Shown: piece after piece, positions 37,870-53,246 of the stretch
Layout of the letters: the number at the start of each line of letters is the position of its first letter
How positions within the stretch are numbered: position 1 is the first letter of the stretch
Source: Camelus dromedarius
Lineage: Eukaryota
Reading direction: 5' to 3'
Length of the DNA stretch: 64,000 nucleotides
Assembly: GCF_036321535.1 (NCBI RefSeq)
Contig: NC_087437.1
Coordinates: 119,104,001 to 119,168,000 of the forward strand
The notes under the pieces: generated by a model
Databases searched by the model: none
What the model saw: only the letters and a program-made list of their open reading frames with translations
What the model was told of the DNA's origin: nothing
Made by a program: the position numbers and the translations under genes

Positions 37870-37995
37870 AAAATAACATATAATGGAAAAGAATCTGAAA
37901 AGAAAACTTATCTATGACTGTGTATGGGTAACTGAATCACTTTGTTGTGCACCTGAAACTAGCCTTGTCAATCAACTACACTTCAATTAAAAAAA
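37870..37995 (+). mobile_element. Short L1 3'-end fragment in the last PRDM15 intron (antisense to the gene)
   Basis: ...AACTGAATCACTTTG...CAACTACACTTCAATT plus poly(A); 15-bp TSD AAAAGCAGCAGACTG at 37855-37869 and 37996-38010. Confidence 0.88.
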
Positions 37996-38298
37996 AAAAG
38001 CAGCAGACTGGCCGCCCACCACCCTCCCAGCCAGGCCTTGGTGGGCGGGGTCAGGCCCTCCCTCCCCAAACTAGAGACACCCCGATCCCCAGCCTGGCAG
38101 GCGGGCTGTCCTCGACACACTGGAACAGACGTCAGGCTGCTCTTCGGGGCCTAAGCTGGGAAACCCTTACGGGGGAGCTGGGCGCGTGCCGGTCGCAGCT
38201 GGGGGCCGCGGCGCGGCGGGCAGGTCAGCGCGCTGTGCGGCACAGGCCGGCCTCCCGCGCCCGCCCGGGGCCCCGGACTCAGCACCGGAAGCAGCGAC

Positions 38299-38517
38299 CT
38301 GCTGGATGCTCTGCACAGCGGAGTCCGTCTCGTCGCCCACGCCGCCCGAGAACGTGGCCTCCTTCTCCGGGTACTCGCTGAAGGTGGCATCCTCAGGCCC
38401 TGTGGCCCCTGCCGCCGCCGCTGCCTCCTCCGGCTTCTGTTTCCTCTTGTGAGTCCTCCTGGCGGCTTTCACATGCTTGCCTTCGGCCAGATCTTCCTGC
38501 TCTAGACTCAGTTCGGG
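38299..38517 (-). CDS. PRDM15: PRDM15 penultimate coding exon (219 nt)
   Basis: CAG|...[52 protein letters not shown]...SAVQSIQQ; contains a basic, NLS-like patch. Confidence 0.92.
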
Positions 38518-39414
38518 CTGCAGGAAGAGAAGGTTCGACAAAGTGGAGGGGGCAAGGGGTTGTGCCCCGTGGGTCCAGCGTGTCCCGGCACCCTCCCTGG
38601 ACACCAGGTGACCACAGCTTGTCTGTTCACCTGCACATCTAAGGATCGGGGCAACTTTCTGTTGGTTTCAGTTGGGTTTTTAAGTGAAGGGAATTAGACA
38701 CGAGTCACATCTTTAAAGGCCATGTTTTGTGCTGAACTAGAAACACCTCTGAAAACACATTTTTTAAGCTACTCTCTCAGCCCTGTTGAGCTCAGCCTGA
38801 GGCTAAAAATGCTTTCACATCGAGGCTCTCATCCCCAAGCCTGAAACAAACTCACTAAAGACACAGTCTTGCATCAGAATGAGTTTGAACAAAGAGCTGG
38901 ATGGTTGTCATCTTCGGGGACAGCAAACAGGGCCCAGGGTAACGGCCACCCCAGACAGGTGCCCCGCACACTTCTCTGGGAGCTGCTGAGTATGGCTGGT
39001 CTTCTGACCCACAGCATCACAGGGGCCACTGGGTAGTGGTGGCCGGCAAGGGTCTCCACCTGGTTGCCCACCACCTCTCTTGTCCTCTGGTTCCATCCCA
39101 TGAGACTTGGTCCCACCCAGGGGCAGGCAGACCCCGAAGAAGCCAGCCGGGCCAGGCCACGGAGGGGCTTCCCTCGTCAGGAGTGGGTGTGCGTGGCCTG
39201 GGGCGCTGCGGGGGGTGGGGCCCGGCTGCTCAGAGGACCCTGCAGCCGAGCACCGCGCTACAGGCACCGGCTCAAAGCACAGAGTTATAAACACGATTTT
39301 AAAAAAACTGAGAGTGTGACGTGTTCTCATCAAAACAAAACTTTTAAGTGAACATATTGACTAAAAATTCCTTTAAAAAGCAAGTTCACTTAACACCATT
39401 AAAGTTACTTTGCT

Positions 39415-39550
39415 GGTGGGGAGGGCAGAGCTCAGAGATAGAGCATGTGCTTAATATTAGCATGCATGAGGTCCTGGGTTCAATCCCCAGTGTCTCTATT
39501 TTTTTTTTTAAGTGGTTAAATGGTATAAAAAACAAAAACAAACATACAAA
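39415..39550 (+). mobile_element. tRNA-derived SINE (Vic-1-like)
   Basis: SINE head with B box GGTTCAATCCC; near-perfect TSD AAAGTTA(C/T)TTTGCT on both sides. Confidence 0.85.
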
Positions 39551-39601
39551 AAGTTATTTTGCTTATAACAATCTAACTATTCAGCATTTCTAGAAACCAT
39601 C

Positions 39602-39960
39602 TGTGATGGTTAATGTTAAGCGTCAGCGTGGCTGGGCCTGGGTGCCCGGCTGGGGGGTCAAACACCAGCTGCTGTGAAGATATTTTTCAGACATGATTAA
39701 CCTTTAAATCGGTGGCTGCTGAGTACAGCAGAGGGTACCCTCTGTAATGTGGGTGGGCCTTGCCCAATCAAGTGACGGCCTTAAGAGAAAAAGACTGAGG
39801 TTCCCAGGGGAAGAGGGAATTCTGCTCCCTGACTGGACTTGAGCTACAACATCAACTCTTCCCTGGGTCTCTGGCCTCCAGCCTCCCGGCAGATTCTGGA
39901 CCCACCAACCACAATCACAGGAGCCAATTCCTTAATATCAGCCTAATTTCCTCTCTCTCC

Positions 39961-39998
<38 letters not shown>

Positions 39999-40073
39999 AC
40001 ACACACACACTCACACACACACACACACTCACTCTCTTTATTGACTGTTATCTTTGGGATCTCTGACTAATAA
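39602..40073. mobile_element. MLT2-type (ERVL) solo LTR with an internal (CA)n tract
   Basis: Starts TGTGATGGTTAAT, contains TAATGTGGGTGGGCCT...AATCA and ends CTGACTAATA; CCATC on both flanks. Confidence 0.85.
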
Positions 40074-40115
40074 GCCATCTATTCTCCAAAATGAGGCATC
40101 AGTATTCAGTATTCA

Positions 40116-40436
<321 letters not shown>

Positions 40437-41509
40437 CTACGATTGAGCACAGGGCAGTGAGCCCAGGATGCTAGGCAGGCCAGATTCAGACCCGTGGCTG
40501 ATAGGCTGTCACTCTCAGCGGCACCCGTGTCCCCACCGGCTCTGCTCAGGACCCGAAAACCTAGATTCCAGAGTCCTGTCCGGGCCTCTCCTTCCCTCCT
40601 GCCAGGTCCCCCCCCCCAAGTGTCTGCAGTGCTCCACACCGGGGGTGTCACCTCGTACCTGTCCACGTGTCACTCCCTGTCCTCTGCCGGGGGAGGAGTC
40701 CAGTCCCTCCCTTTTTTGTCCCACACTAACGTGCGTTTCCACTGAATCTTATTATTTCAAACCAAGCGCAGAGGGGATAAGGTCCATTACAGTAAACCTG
40801 TCCTCCAAGGAATCATGGAAAACAAGACATTTACACCTTAAACACCTCACTTTTTAACCTGACACATGCCCAAGTACTTTCACTAGTCAATTTCGTGATG
40901 AAGTGGCTGCCCCCGCCTTCCCCCACACTGACCGACTGACGGGTCCTCAGCATGCAGCCCCTCACACTGTGACCCACTCCCCGTGTGGCCCCCGGTCCCT
41001 CTCCGTCCTCCTGCACCTCATCCACGAACCTGCCAGTGGCACCTGTGACATGATTACTCAAGTGAGTTAAATCACAGGTGGACAAAGGAACACAAGTCAG
41101 AGAGGACCGAATACCCGGGGGACAGGAAGACGGTGAGATGCTAAGGGAGGAACCTGGCTGCGGAAAAACTGGACAAGCTCAGGGAAAACCATGACAGACT
41201 CTCTGTAGGGTTCTTCATCCAAATGGCTTTGCAAGCATCTTTACATTTTTGGTCAAAAAAAAAAAATTAAGAACAGGAAATTATAGACTATACATTGTGG
41301 GTGTGGAGTATTTAAGAAGGACGATCGATTGGGAACTGCATCTTTGGACTTAGGTTCAAAGCCCAGGGCTGGCCCTTCTCTGAAAGGACGGCAAACAAAA
41401 AGGGCTGTGTCTGTTTAAAGTTCAAATACTGACGTGACACTGAGGACCCAAGAGTGACTGTGCTGCTGCAAAGCTGAGTAAAAGCAGCCAGATGTCACTG
41501 ACGTGTCCT

Positions 41510-41800
41510 CTCCCACTGTCTCTACCACCACCACCTCCACCACTGTCACCCCCATCACCCCTGTCACTATCTCCACCACTGCCACCATTGTCATCAGTCA
41601 CTGTCACCACCATCTCCGCCACTGTCAATACACCCATCACTGTCGCCACTGTCACCATCAGTGTATCACTGTCACTACCTCCACCAGTCACCACTGTTAC
41701 TGCCACCACCGTCACTGTCACCACCTCACATCACCGTCACCACTGTCACTACCTCACCACTGTCACCATCACCACCACCTCCATCATCAATAACACCATC
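41510..41800. repeat. Degenerate CAC/CAT/TGT trinucleotide-based repeat (CACTGTCAC units)
   Basis: Direct reading. Confidence 0.9.
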
Positions 41801-44011
41801 CGTGTCCTAGTCACACAGTCCAGAAGCTGATGTCACAGAACAACCACCACGGAGGCATTTGCTGGCTTTACTCTTGAGCGATAAGACCACACATGACAGT
41901 ACTTTGTGTTTTAATTTTTTTTTAACATAACAGTTATTCGAAGCAGAGGGAACAACCACACCTTTAAGTCATAAAATAGCATCAATTCTAAAAGTTCCTG
42001 AACACGTGAAAGTAGTTTACACTTCTTACCACATGAGCCGGCCTCCGATGGCCCCTACCCTGGTCCATGCCCAGCACCGCAGCAGGGCTGCGAGGCTCCC
42101 CGCCCCGCGCCCTAGACCGCGGGCCCAGGAGGACCGGACGCACCGGCGCTCATCCCCGCAGGCACCGCAGTGTGTTTGTCTGAGCAACAGAGAATGAAAG
42201 GTCAGACAAACGATCCGAGGAACGGCCGGGGAAAGAGGCTGACGGCTTCAGGGACAAAAGGGGCTGAGAACAGACAGAGCCTCGGCAGAGGAGCCCTCCA
42301 TCTGCTGCATTTCCCCCCGCGGTGGGCGGAGAGGGGCCCAGAGAGGCCGCCCTGCAGAGGGTCAACCAGACCAAGTATCCACTTCTCTGCAGCAGCAAGG
42401 CTTCCGCACCCCACAACGCGCATCACGCATCCTGTCTGCAAAAACCAACATGCGCGCTCCATGAGGGCGTGAAACTAGAGAAACCCCCGTATAACGGAAA
42501 TCGCTCACTCTCGGCCGCATCTCGGGCCCCGGGTGAGTCTGCGGCGCCTGCCCAGGGCCCCGAGAGAAGGGCGCTGTTGGCTGGCCCTGCGGGCTCCTGC
42601 TCCGGGCTCTGCTTCTAGGTGGAAACGGATGGGAGTGAGGAGAGCAAAGCTGCTGGAATCCCAGCTCCTCGGGCTGAGTGGGAAGGGCTGGGAGTATGCG
42701 GCGGGGGAGCCGCGCGGGCTGCGGCCGGCACAGCTGGGTTCCAGGAGAACAAGACACACTTATCACCCAAAGGAGGCAGCGGGTGCTTTTATAATTGTAA
42801 AAGCAATCCATGTTCTTTGGGGAAAAGTATATAAAATGGAGAACAACGTGAAGATAAGGAATTATCAAAACTTCAACACCAGAAGACCACCGTGTGATAC
42901 TTTTGTCCCTTCTTCGCCCACCTACCTCATTTGTATGATCTGGGTGCGCATCGCGGAAACACACAGACCGTGGAAGCCGGAGTGTGTGCACGGAAGCAGC
43001 GCGCGCACAGCGGTGCTGCTTTCTTACAACAAATGTTCACAATTCTATTCAGAATTCTCTGCAAATGTGTCTACAGCCAAGCGCATCACTGAGCTGCCAC
43101 TAACTTAATCACATTCCTCTGGCCAGACACTGTGAGGTCCAAATAATCATCTGTAAAATTCTGGAGAGATACGGTCACGCTGCCCTCCAGGAGGACATCC
43201 GGTGGCCAGAGCAGCTCCTGACAGCAGCATGGTCATTTTGAGTCTTAAGCATCTCCCCTAATTCAATGGCACCTCCTGTGTTAAAGGCTTTTTCTGCGTT
43301 TTAACCACCTGTGTCTTCTCTTTCATGAATCACCTCTCCTTGGACACACTGGGTTCTTTGGGCTCTTTTCATGGAATGGTTTTTGCCTTTAACAGTTTTT
43401 GTTAACTGTAATAACATCTTAACATATTTCTCAGCTTTCCTTTTCCTTATTCTTTTGACTTGCAGAAGTTCTAAGTGTTATGTTGCTTGTGTGGTCAAAT
43501 CTTATGTTTGAAACTTCTTTCATTCCTTTTGCACATAGAAAGTCTCCCCCTCTCAGTGATATGACAGCTATCTTCCTGCATTTTCTTCTGGTTTTGTTTT
43601 TCAGAGTGCTTCTTTTTAAAGTATGTTGAATTATTTAATGCCCCAGACCTTCCTTGAGAACCAGCTTCCAGGTGAGCCCAGATCCACCTGCCCCAGGACC
43701 ATTTCTTCCTCTTGGTCCTCAACGCCACCTTCTAATCGGCCCCTGACATCACAGGGGGGCTCCCCCTGCTCTGCTCATTTTTTAGTTACTCCAAAGGGAA
43801 GAGTAGGGGTGAGGGCCAGGGCTGTATTCCTGTCCTGCTGTGATTCCAGAGAGTATATAACTTATAATATAACTTCAGCAACGTTTCCATTTGTTCATTC
43901 AGTGCCTCCCATGCGCAGGCACTGCCATCAGGGGGGAGTGTCAGACCCCAGCCCTGCAAGGGAGAGGGGCCTGTGGGCCAGCGGGTGGGGGCCCTGGAGG
44001 CAGAGGACTCA

Positions 44012-44281
<270 letters not shown>

Positions 44282-44639
44282 TCAGGAACAGGGTCTCCCC
44301 CTCAGCCCGCAGTACCCCTCACCCTCTGCACGTGCGGCTCAGGTCGCCAGCCAGGTCACCTCCCCCCGCCGCGGTCAGGCCACGAGCAAGCATCAGAGCC
44401 GTGTGGCCTCCACCCTCGTGGAACCCGGAGCGGCATCGCTGCTCAGGTGTTTGACAGTTCGCACATGGGTACTGGAAAGTTTTGATGGGCTGAATTTTAG
44501 GGGTAAGGGGCCCCCATTAAGACAGAACAGTACCAAATATTCTGGAAAAGTCTACGAACAGAATCGTAGCCACGAGGTCCCTCCCCTGCTCGCACAGCCA
44601 GCTTCCCCAGACACTCTGCACCCGCCCCACCGCGCCTAC

Positions 44640-44723
44640 CCGTGTGGATGAGCTTGTGGGTCTCCATCGTGTTCCGCTCACTGAACGTCTTTCCGCACAG
44701 TTCGCACATGAAATCCTTAATCC
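44640..44723 (-). CDS. PRDM15: PRDM15 coding exon (84 nt)
   Basis: CAG|...G|GTAGGC; (G)[27 protein letters not shown]. Confidence 0.95.
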
Positions 44724-45555
44724 CTGCAGAAAAAGGCACGCTTAATTTCTCGTGTTTCATGATTCTTATTTCACTGCGCACAGAAGCTGTCTTATCCTTG
44801 TGGACACGTTTCCGTATCTGGAGAGGCCTTGGTGGGGGAAGGAGGGTAAATGACCAGGAGAAAAGAGACAGTGAATGAATGTCCATTCCAGACCTCAACC
44901 AGCAGACCTGTGGCTTGGAAGCTACCTGACTGCCGGTGCCCCGGCGAGCTCCTTCTGCAGGAAGGGTGGCAAGGACAGTTCCAGCCCGGGACCCGAGGGC
45001 TGCCATGGGGTCTCGCTGGACAGAATCTGATTTGATGAGCTTGCCCCACACAGCTCGCGATCAAGGAAGGCAGAAGCCCCACTCGTGACGCTCTTATTCA
45101 TTCAGTCCCGGGTGCTCAGATCAGTCACCTGCTTGCCTGCAAACTGGCAAGGAAGCTCTGAGCCGTCAGACTGCTTCGCTCTCCAAACTGAGGAGAAGGT
45201 GGACCCTCAGAGCACCTTTTAAACAAAGACCCCCCCCACCCACCCTGCCAAATGGAAACCAGGCAAGTGGTTCTCAAGGTCTACTCGTCTCGGTCCTGTA
45301 TTTGATTGAGCCCCTCGTTCTCCAGACCCTGCGCTCACTGTGGCTCTTGGAGGCCAGAAGGACAGAGGCCACTACACCCCAGTGGCGTGGCAGTGGGTGG
45401 AGGGTCATGAGACCCTGGAGGAGGCGCAGGACCCAGTCCCAGGGGAGTGAGAGCTTCTCCAGGAAGAGGGCTGCACACTTTTGTGGAAGTCCAGTGATGT
45501 GGGGGCTGGCACTCCAGGGCCGGGCCAGGCGGTGGCAGGACTCAAGTCCATTTTA

Positions 45556-45703
45556 TTTTTTTATTTATTTAAAAAAATTTTTATTTTTTTGGGGGGGAAG
45601 TAATTAGGTCTATTTATTTGTTTTTAGAGGAGGGGCTGGGGATTGAGCCCAGGACCTTGTGTATGCTAAGCATGCACTCTACCACTTGAGCTGTACCCTC
45701 CCC
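45556..45703 (-). mobile_element. tRNA-derived SINE (Vic-1-like)
   Basis: Perfect 15-bp TSD CTCAAGTCCATTTTA at 45541-45555 and 45704-45718. Confidence 0.92.
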
Positions 45704-45943
45704 CTCAAGTCCATTTTAGAGAGGACACGGAAGCAACTAGAGGCTCCTGCCAGGAACTTCAGACCCACTCCATCACCCAGGGACAACCTTCTCTCATACG
45801 ACATCTATCTGAATTCTCTGTTACACACACACATTTACCCACATACAAACGTTTCATAAAAAATGAACTCATTTGCTGTATAGGCCAGCTTTTCTCCCAC
45901 TGTATCATAAATTTCTATGTAAATTAACATATACATCTCATCA

Positions 45944-46750
<807 letters not shown>

Positions 46751-47489
46751 TCAGTGGCGAGGCGAGCAGCGGTGCCCTCAGAGGCCCTTAGGGATTTACT
46801 GTCGACGTCTGGCCAGCCCATCTGGTCAGTGCCCGCCCAGCCCTGATGGTCAGTGCTCGCCAACAACGGGAGCGGTGGGGAAATGTGCCAAACTAACCAC
46901 TGGGACCCAACCAAATCTTCTGGCAAGCCACGTCCAGGTCTCCTGAGGTTTGCTGTTGATCTTGATGACGTAAACGTTAATGAAGATTAGAAGCTCTAAG
47001 GCTAAACACGGACTTTAACCTACCTTTAGTTTAATGTCACAAAGTCAACCTTTGCTGAAGGCGATGAAATGAGCTACAACCTCACTAAGTCAGGTGCTGA
47101 AGAAGGGGTGACCCTGGCTCAGGGTCTGAATTAGGGATGGAGGGTCTGAGCCAGGGAGACCCACTAGGTGAGCGATGCTGCACAGGAAGGGAGGGTGTGG
47201 GGCTGCAGGGGCTAGAGGCGAGGGGGACCCTTAAAAAATTATTTATCTTTGGGGTTAAAAAAAATTACACACTCATAGTGAAAAAAACTACAGGCAACAA
47301 GAGGTCGGCCCAGAGCGTGAGCTCGGGCAGCCCGGACCACCCTCCCAGGTCACACTGGCGCCGGACACACTCCTGGGAGCACCCTGGGCAGCTTCACATC
47401 TCCCAATCCCCACCCTCTGTCCACCTCTGTTGGCCTCATCATTTGGTACTCGTTCAGCCAAGATGAACCTGACCCTCGCATTGCTTTCA

Positions 47490-47830
47490 TGGCTTGCATT
47501 TGCTCATTAACAGACCCCTGAGCTCCTGCCACAGGCCGGCACTGCTCCAAGTGCTGGAGGCTGAGCAGTGAGCCACACTGAGTCCCCAGCTTCATGTGGA
47601 GGGGGGCAAACAAGCGAAGGCAGAGCATCACATGAGGGAAAGACGAGCAGGATAAAGCAGGGGTGGGGATGGAGCGCGTGGAGGCAGCCTGGCACTGGCT
47701 CATAACGTGGGGCCTCAGGGCATCTAAAAAAGTGGCCTGGAAGAAGTGTGGGAGGGGGCTGAGAGCTACTTGGGGGAACAGCATTCCTAGTGGGGGAAAA
47801 GCCAGTGCAAAGGCCCAGAGGCCGATGTCA
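47490..47830. mobile_element. LINE-2 3' fragment (similar relics at ~1300-1750, 9650-9780, 13210-13520, 14600-14980 and 31840-32110)
   Basis: CATTTGCTCATTAACAGA...TGAGC...AGCATTCCTAGTGGGGGAAAAGCCAGTGCAAAGGCCCAGAGG resembles the L2 3' consensus; heavily diverged. Confidence 0.6.
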
Positions 47831-50152
47831 TTAATCCCTTGGTGTTTCAGGCTGTCCTCTGTCACAAGCAGTGCAGTGGCAGATACTCGCACACATTTTA
47901 CGCTGGGTCAGCACCCAGGGAGTAAATGAACAGAAAGGTCTTTGCTGTCCCGCCCTAAACCAGTCGCTTTCTCCCCGTATGTCTAAAATGAACTTACCCT
48001 AAACTACAAAAGTACACATGGTTCTAAAAAACACAGAAAATGCACAGGAGGAAAGACACAATAAATTTCACCCCCGTTCTGACCTCCCCATCACAGCCAG
48101 CATCAATCATGCTCATCTTTCTCTATTTAAAAAAATACCTTGAGCAGTTTTAAAGTAAATGTGGCTGCCACGTGGTGGAAGTCGTCAGGCGCTCTCTGCG
48201 GGGATGTGACTCAGTCTGCGCCACGCTCACATCTCACTCCGGGGAAAACAGGTATTTTTTAAGCACCGAGAATTCCCGCACCTGGAACGGGCACCCCTTC
48301 CACCGCTCAGGGCCTGGCGGTTTCCCCACACAGGTCGCCCAGCCACCAGGGGGGTCTGTCCTGAGTGCCTCACGGCACACCGTGTTCTGAACAAGGTGTT
48401 TTCCCGTGTATCCCCGGCTACGAATGCTCCACACGGAACCCACGGGGCGTGGTGCAGGTGGCGCGGCTCACATCACTTCTACAGCCCCTCGCTGGAACAA
48501 GGCCTAGCTGGGTCTAGAATTTTTAGGGAAATAATCTAAAGTAACAATATGCGAGAGCACTTCCTGCAACACCGCCTGCAGTGATGAAAGACTGCGCACT
48601 AAAAAACCCCGAGTACCTAAATAAAACGGTCTGGTGGCAGGATCCACAGGAAGGAAACTTGCCAAGGTTTTGAGAGAAAAATTAGGGCAGTATTTGCCTG
48701 TTCTGATACGAAAAGATCACCACGCTGGATACTTAAGTAAATAAAAAGCAAGGTACGGAAAGAACAGGGAAGCGCAAGCAGCTGCTTGCACGTGCCAGTG
48801 ACCAGAATGTGAAAGCAAAACAACCACCGACATTTTATTTGAGGATTATGTACAATGAATATGGTAACCCAAGTACTGACACCAGCATTTTATTGGAAGT
48901 GTTCAGAATTCATGACAGAAATCCTGAAACTGAACATTCAATACATTTCAAATATAAAAGTGTATCTAATACAAGACGTGACCCTGACCTCTGTGCCCTC
49001 CGCCCTGCCTGGCCTGACGAGCTGCACCCAGGGCTCAGGTGTGGCTGCCCCCTGCCCACCTGGGGGCCCACCCCCACCCCAGGTCTACCCCATTCTCGCC
49101 CTAGGGGGAAAGGCTGGAAGAGCTGGGGCAAAGACGGCACTGGAGCCCCAGCTAGCATGGCCGTCACTAAGACACGTGGAGAAACCTCTAGAAATGTTCA
49201 TGCCAAGGATTAAAGGGTTCTTTTGAAGGTTGTTACTGAGATCCGAGGTGGGGATAACTTTATTTGGCATACCCATTTATGTCATTCAAAAAAATTTTTT
49301 TCAGCTAGGTGCTTTTTCAATCAGATAATCTACATGCCGCACAGAGCTATTTTGGAGAACGGAGGAGAAACTGTCACTTCTAGAACTGGGGCCCAGGGTC
49401 GGGGGAGAGAGAACTTTCCACTTTCTGCTTTTCTCTGCATTTAATTCTTTTAGCCTTTTACACGTAATCTTATCTGTCTCATGGGGGTTATCCAGTGAAT
49501 GGAATTCCAGGGTGTTGGTGTTTCCTTCAAACTTTTCTGTTTAATTTAAAAAAAAAAATAAAGGAACAAATAAAACTGAACGTTAAATTTTAAAAAGATC
49601 TTGAAGGCAAAGCAGTTGACTCTGGCTTATCCTGTCACCGAGTGGGGGTGGCCCTGCCACTGCCCCCTGCACACAGCGCCAGGCGCCGCTAGAAGCCGCC
49701 AGAGAAAAACCCACTGCTCCGGGGCTTCCTGACAGTTTGGGTTTGTTTTTAAACAGAAATGGGTTAAAATTTTACCAGGTACTGGGATTATCTTTTTTCC
49801 CCTCATTACACTTACTGATGTCAGATATTTTATTAATAGATTTAACTAATTTCACCCGCTCAGAATAAAGGCCACAGTAATCCGCGTCTTAATAAACAGC
49901 TGGTTCTAGTCAGTAGTCACTACCAGGGACGATTCTGTATCTACACTCAGGCCATATGGTGACTTTAAACAATCATACGCTGCACCATTTCCCTACTTTT
50001 AAAACGGTTTACTTGTGCCTTGATTTTATGCCGTCTTTCTACCTTTGGCTGCTTTATTTTTCATCTGGATCCTCACTTAAAGACTTCACGTTTTGTCTTC
50101 CTTAAAACGACTCAGGTCTGAGCGACCCCCGCCGCAGCCCGCGCGCCTCTCC

Positions 50153-50179
50153 CCGCCGCCGCCGCCGCCGCCGCCGCCG
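50153..50179. repeat. (CCG)9 intronic trinucleotide repeat
   Basis: Nine perfect units, 18 nt into the intron from the exon end at 50198. Confidence 0.95.
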
Positions 50180-50197
50180 GAGGGCGCCCGCACTCAC

Positions 50198-50317
50198 CTT
50201 TCCCGCACTCGGCGCACAGGTACTCGCGGATGTTGTCGTGCACGCGCATGTGCTCCTTCAGCATGTCCTTCCTGGCAAAGGACTTCCCACACTGCTCACA
50301 GGCGTGGCTTTTCACCC
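50198..50317 (-). CDS. PRDM15: PRDM15 coding exon (120 nt)
   Basis: CAG|...G|GTGAGT; (G)[39 protein letters not shown]. Confidence 0.95.
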
Positions 50318-50360
50318 CTGGGAAGCAAACACGTCCAACTTGCAAACCTGGAACTCCTTA

Positions 50361-50681
<321 letters not shown>

Positions 50682-50751
50682 CTAACAGCAGGTGGGCTAA
50701 AATGGTGCCACGGATACGTGGGTGACGAGGGACCCACAGATGTTAGCCTCC

Positions 50752-51121
50752 GTCTGAGCTGAACTGTGCCCCTTCAAAATTCACACTATGGAGTCCTGGC
50801 CCCCAGCACCTCAGAACGTGACTGTGCTTGGAGATGGGGTGCTTACAGGGGTCAAGTCAAAAATGAGGTCGCTAGGGTGGGCCCTAATCCAGTATGGCTG
50901 GTGTCCTTATAAATGGACACAGAGGAATGCACAGGTGGGAGGCCACGAGGACACAAGGAGAAGGCAGCATCCAAAAGCCAAGGAGACAGGCCTGGACCAG
51001 ACCCTCGCTCACCGCCACAGCAGGAACCAGCCCTGCTCCATCTAGAACCTCCGGCCTCCAGCACTGGGATAACACTATTCTGCATTCACACTGCCCACCC
51101 GGCAGCCCCAGCAGACTAATA
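50752..51121. mobile_element. MLT1-type (MaLR) solo LTR
   Basis: GCTGAACTGTGCCCC...CCTCAGAACGTGACTGT...AAAATGAGGTC...GGGTGGGCCCTAATCCAGTATG.CTGGTGTCCTTATAA...GACTAATA. Confidence 0.85.
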
Positions 51122-51493
51122 AGCTTTAAACAAGACTGTCGGCTGACATGCTGGGACACACAGCATTGATTACAGGCTGTAGCCAGATGTGGGACCGGCA
51201 TTCTTGAAACCTAATTACTGTGGGGGAAAGGGTCTCTGGTCGTATATAGGCAGGCCTGCAACGCGGCCTCCCATGTGGTGAGTCCAGGAGAGGGTGCGAG
51301 CTGGGAGGGTACTGATGGCCTAGGGGACAAGCAAGGCTAGCACTTCCCCTGACCTGGCCCGGCCCAGGGCTCCCTCAGGAGACGGAAGCTGCTCTGTGCT
51401 CCAGACGGCTTATTAGAGCGCCTGCCTCTCTGCAAGGAAGCAGCCCTCCCTCCGCACTCCCCCGGACGCCGGAGTCCCGCCCAGGAGGCCTCA

Positions 51494-51691
<198 letters not shown>

Positions 51692-52422
51692 TCAGCCCGG
51701 GACCTCCGCAGCTGATGCTGCCCCGCCGCGCACCCAGGCGCCCGAGACACCGGTGAGAGCCCACTCCCCAGCAGAAAAGGAAGAGACTCCCTAGGGCAGG
51801 GCCCGCGCCAGGCAAAACCGTGAGGCCGGGGGAGTGTAACAAACGGACCCCAGGTCCTCCTGGACCTCCCAGCAGGTGCGCCCTCCCTGGCCGGCTTCCA
51901 GAACCCTCCTCCTCTCCACTCACCCACCCACCCGACCTCTGTCTCTCGCCCATGCCCCTGACAGGTGCACAGGTGCCAAGGCCCGTGTAGAACACAGGAA
52001 CCTGCGCTGGGCAGAAAAAAAGACTGCGGCTCCTGAAGCAGTGAAGCCGCAGAGACAAGGCTCATACATGCCGTGAAGACGGGGAGCACCGGGTCCTTAG
52101 AAACAAAACGCTCCTCTAAGCGAGGCACCCTGCCGTCCGTGGGGCAGGCAGAGGTGAAGGGGGAGGAGAGAGGAGCCCCAGCGGACACGGATCTCCCTGG
52201 GTCAGCCACACAGGCATGGTGGACCAGACTGTTCTGAGACGGTGGTCTGCCTGTTGGGGTAAGACCCACACCCACCATCCTGAGAAGCAACGAGACTTGG
52301 GGCGCCTTCCAGAACGTCTGGGAGGCAGGCCCCCACACCCGAGCCCCTGCAGGCCAGCAGCCCTGTAGCACAAGCCTCCTTTCCGGGCAGCCCCAGGCCC
52401 GTGAAGGCCGTAGTCCGGTTAC

Positions 52423-52557
52423 CTGACATCTTTTGCAGCTGTACTTGTGAGGCTCCGAGTCTGCGCTCTCGTCAGAATTGTCATCATTTTCCTCCGAGGA
52501 GATCCCAATCTTGCCAATAAACTCTTCCCTCTGGTGGTCATCCATTAGCGCGATGTC
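52423..52557 (-). CDS. PRDM15: PRDM15 coding exon (135 nt), acidic linker
   Basis: CAG|...[54 protein letters not shown]. Confidence 0.95.
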
Positions 52558-52748
52558 CTGGAAAACAGTCACCATGGCCGATTTCTAACACGCCTGGCGG
52601 AAGCTTTAACCAGTTATTGGAACATCAGAAGCAAACCGCTCCCTCGGGTCACTTGGGACGCCCCACTCCCCTGAGTTAGGGCCTCAAAGGCAGGGAGGGA
52701 AGCAAACGCCCCCATCCCGACTCTTGTTCTTCTCTTGGGAGGTACCTA

Positions 52749-53246
<498 letters not shown>

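Noticed and set aside
41422..41830. Thr/Val/His-rich, mucin-like ORFs
   Set aside because: They are translations of a degenerate trinucleotide repeat in a PRDM15 intron, with no splice or domain support.
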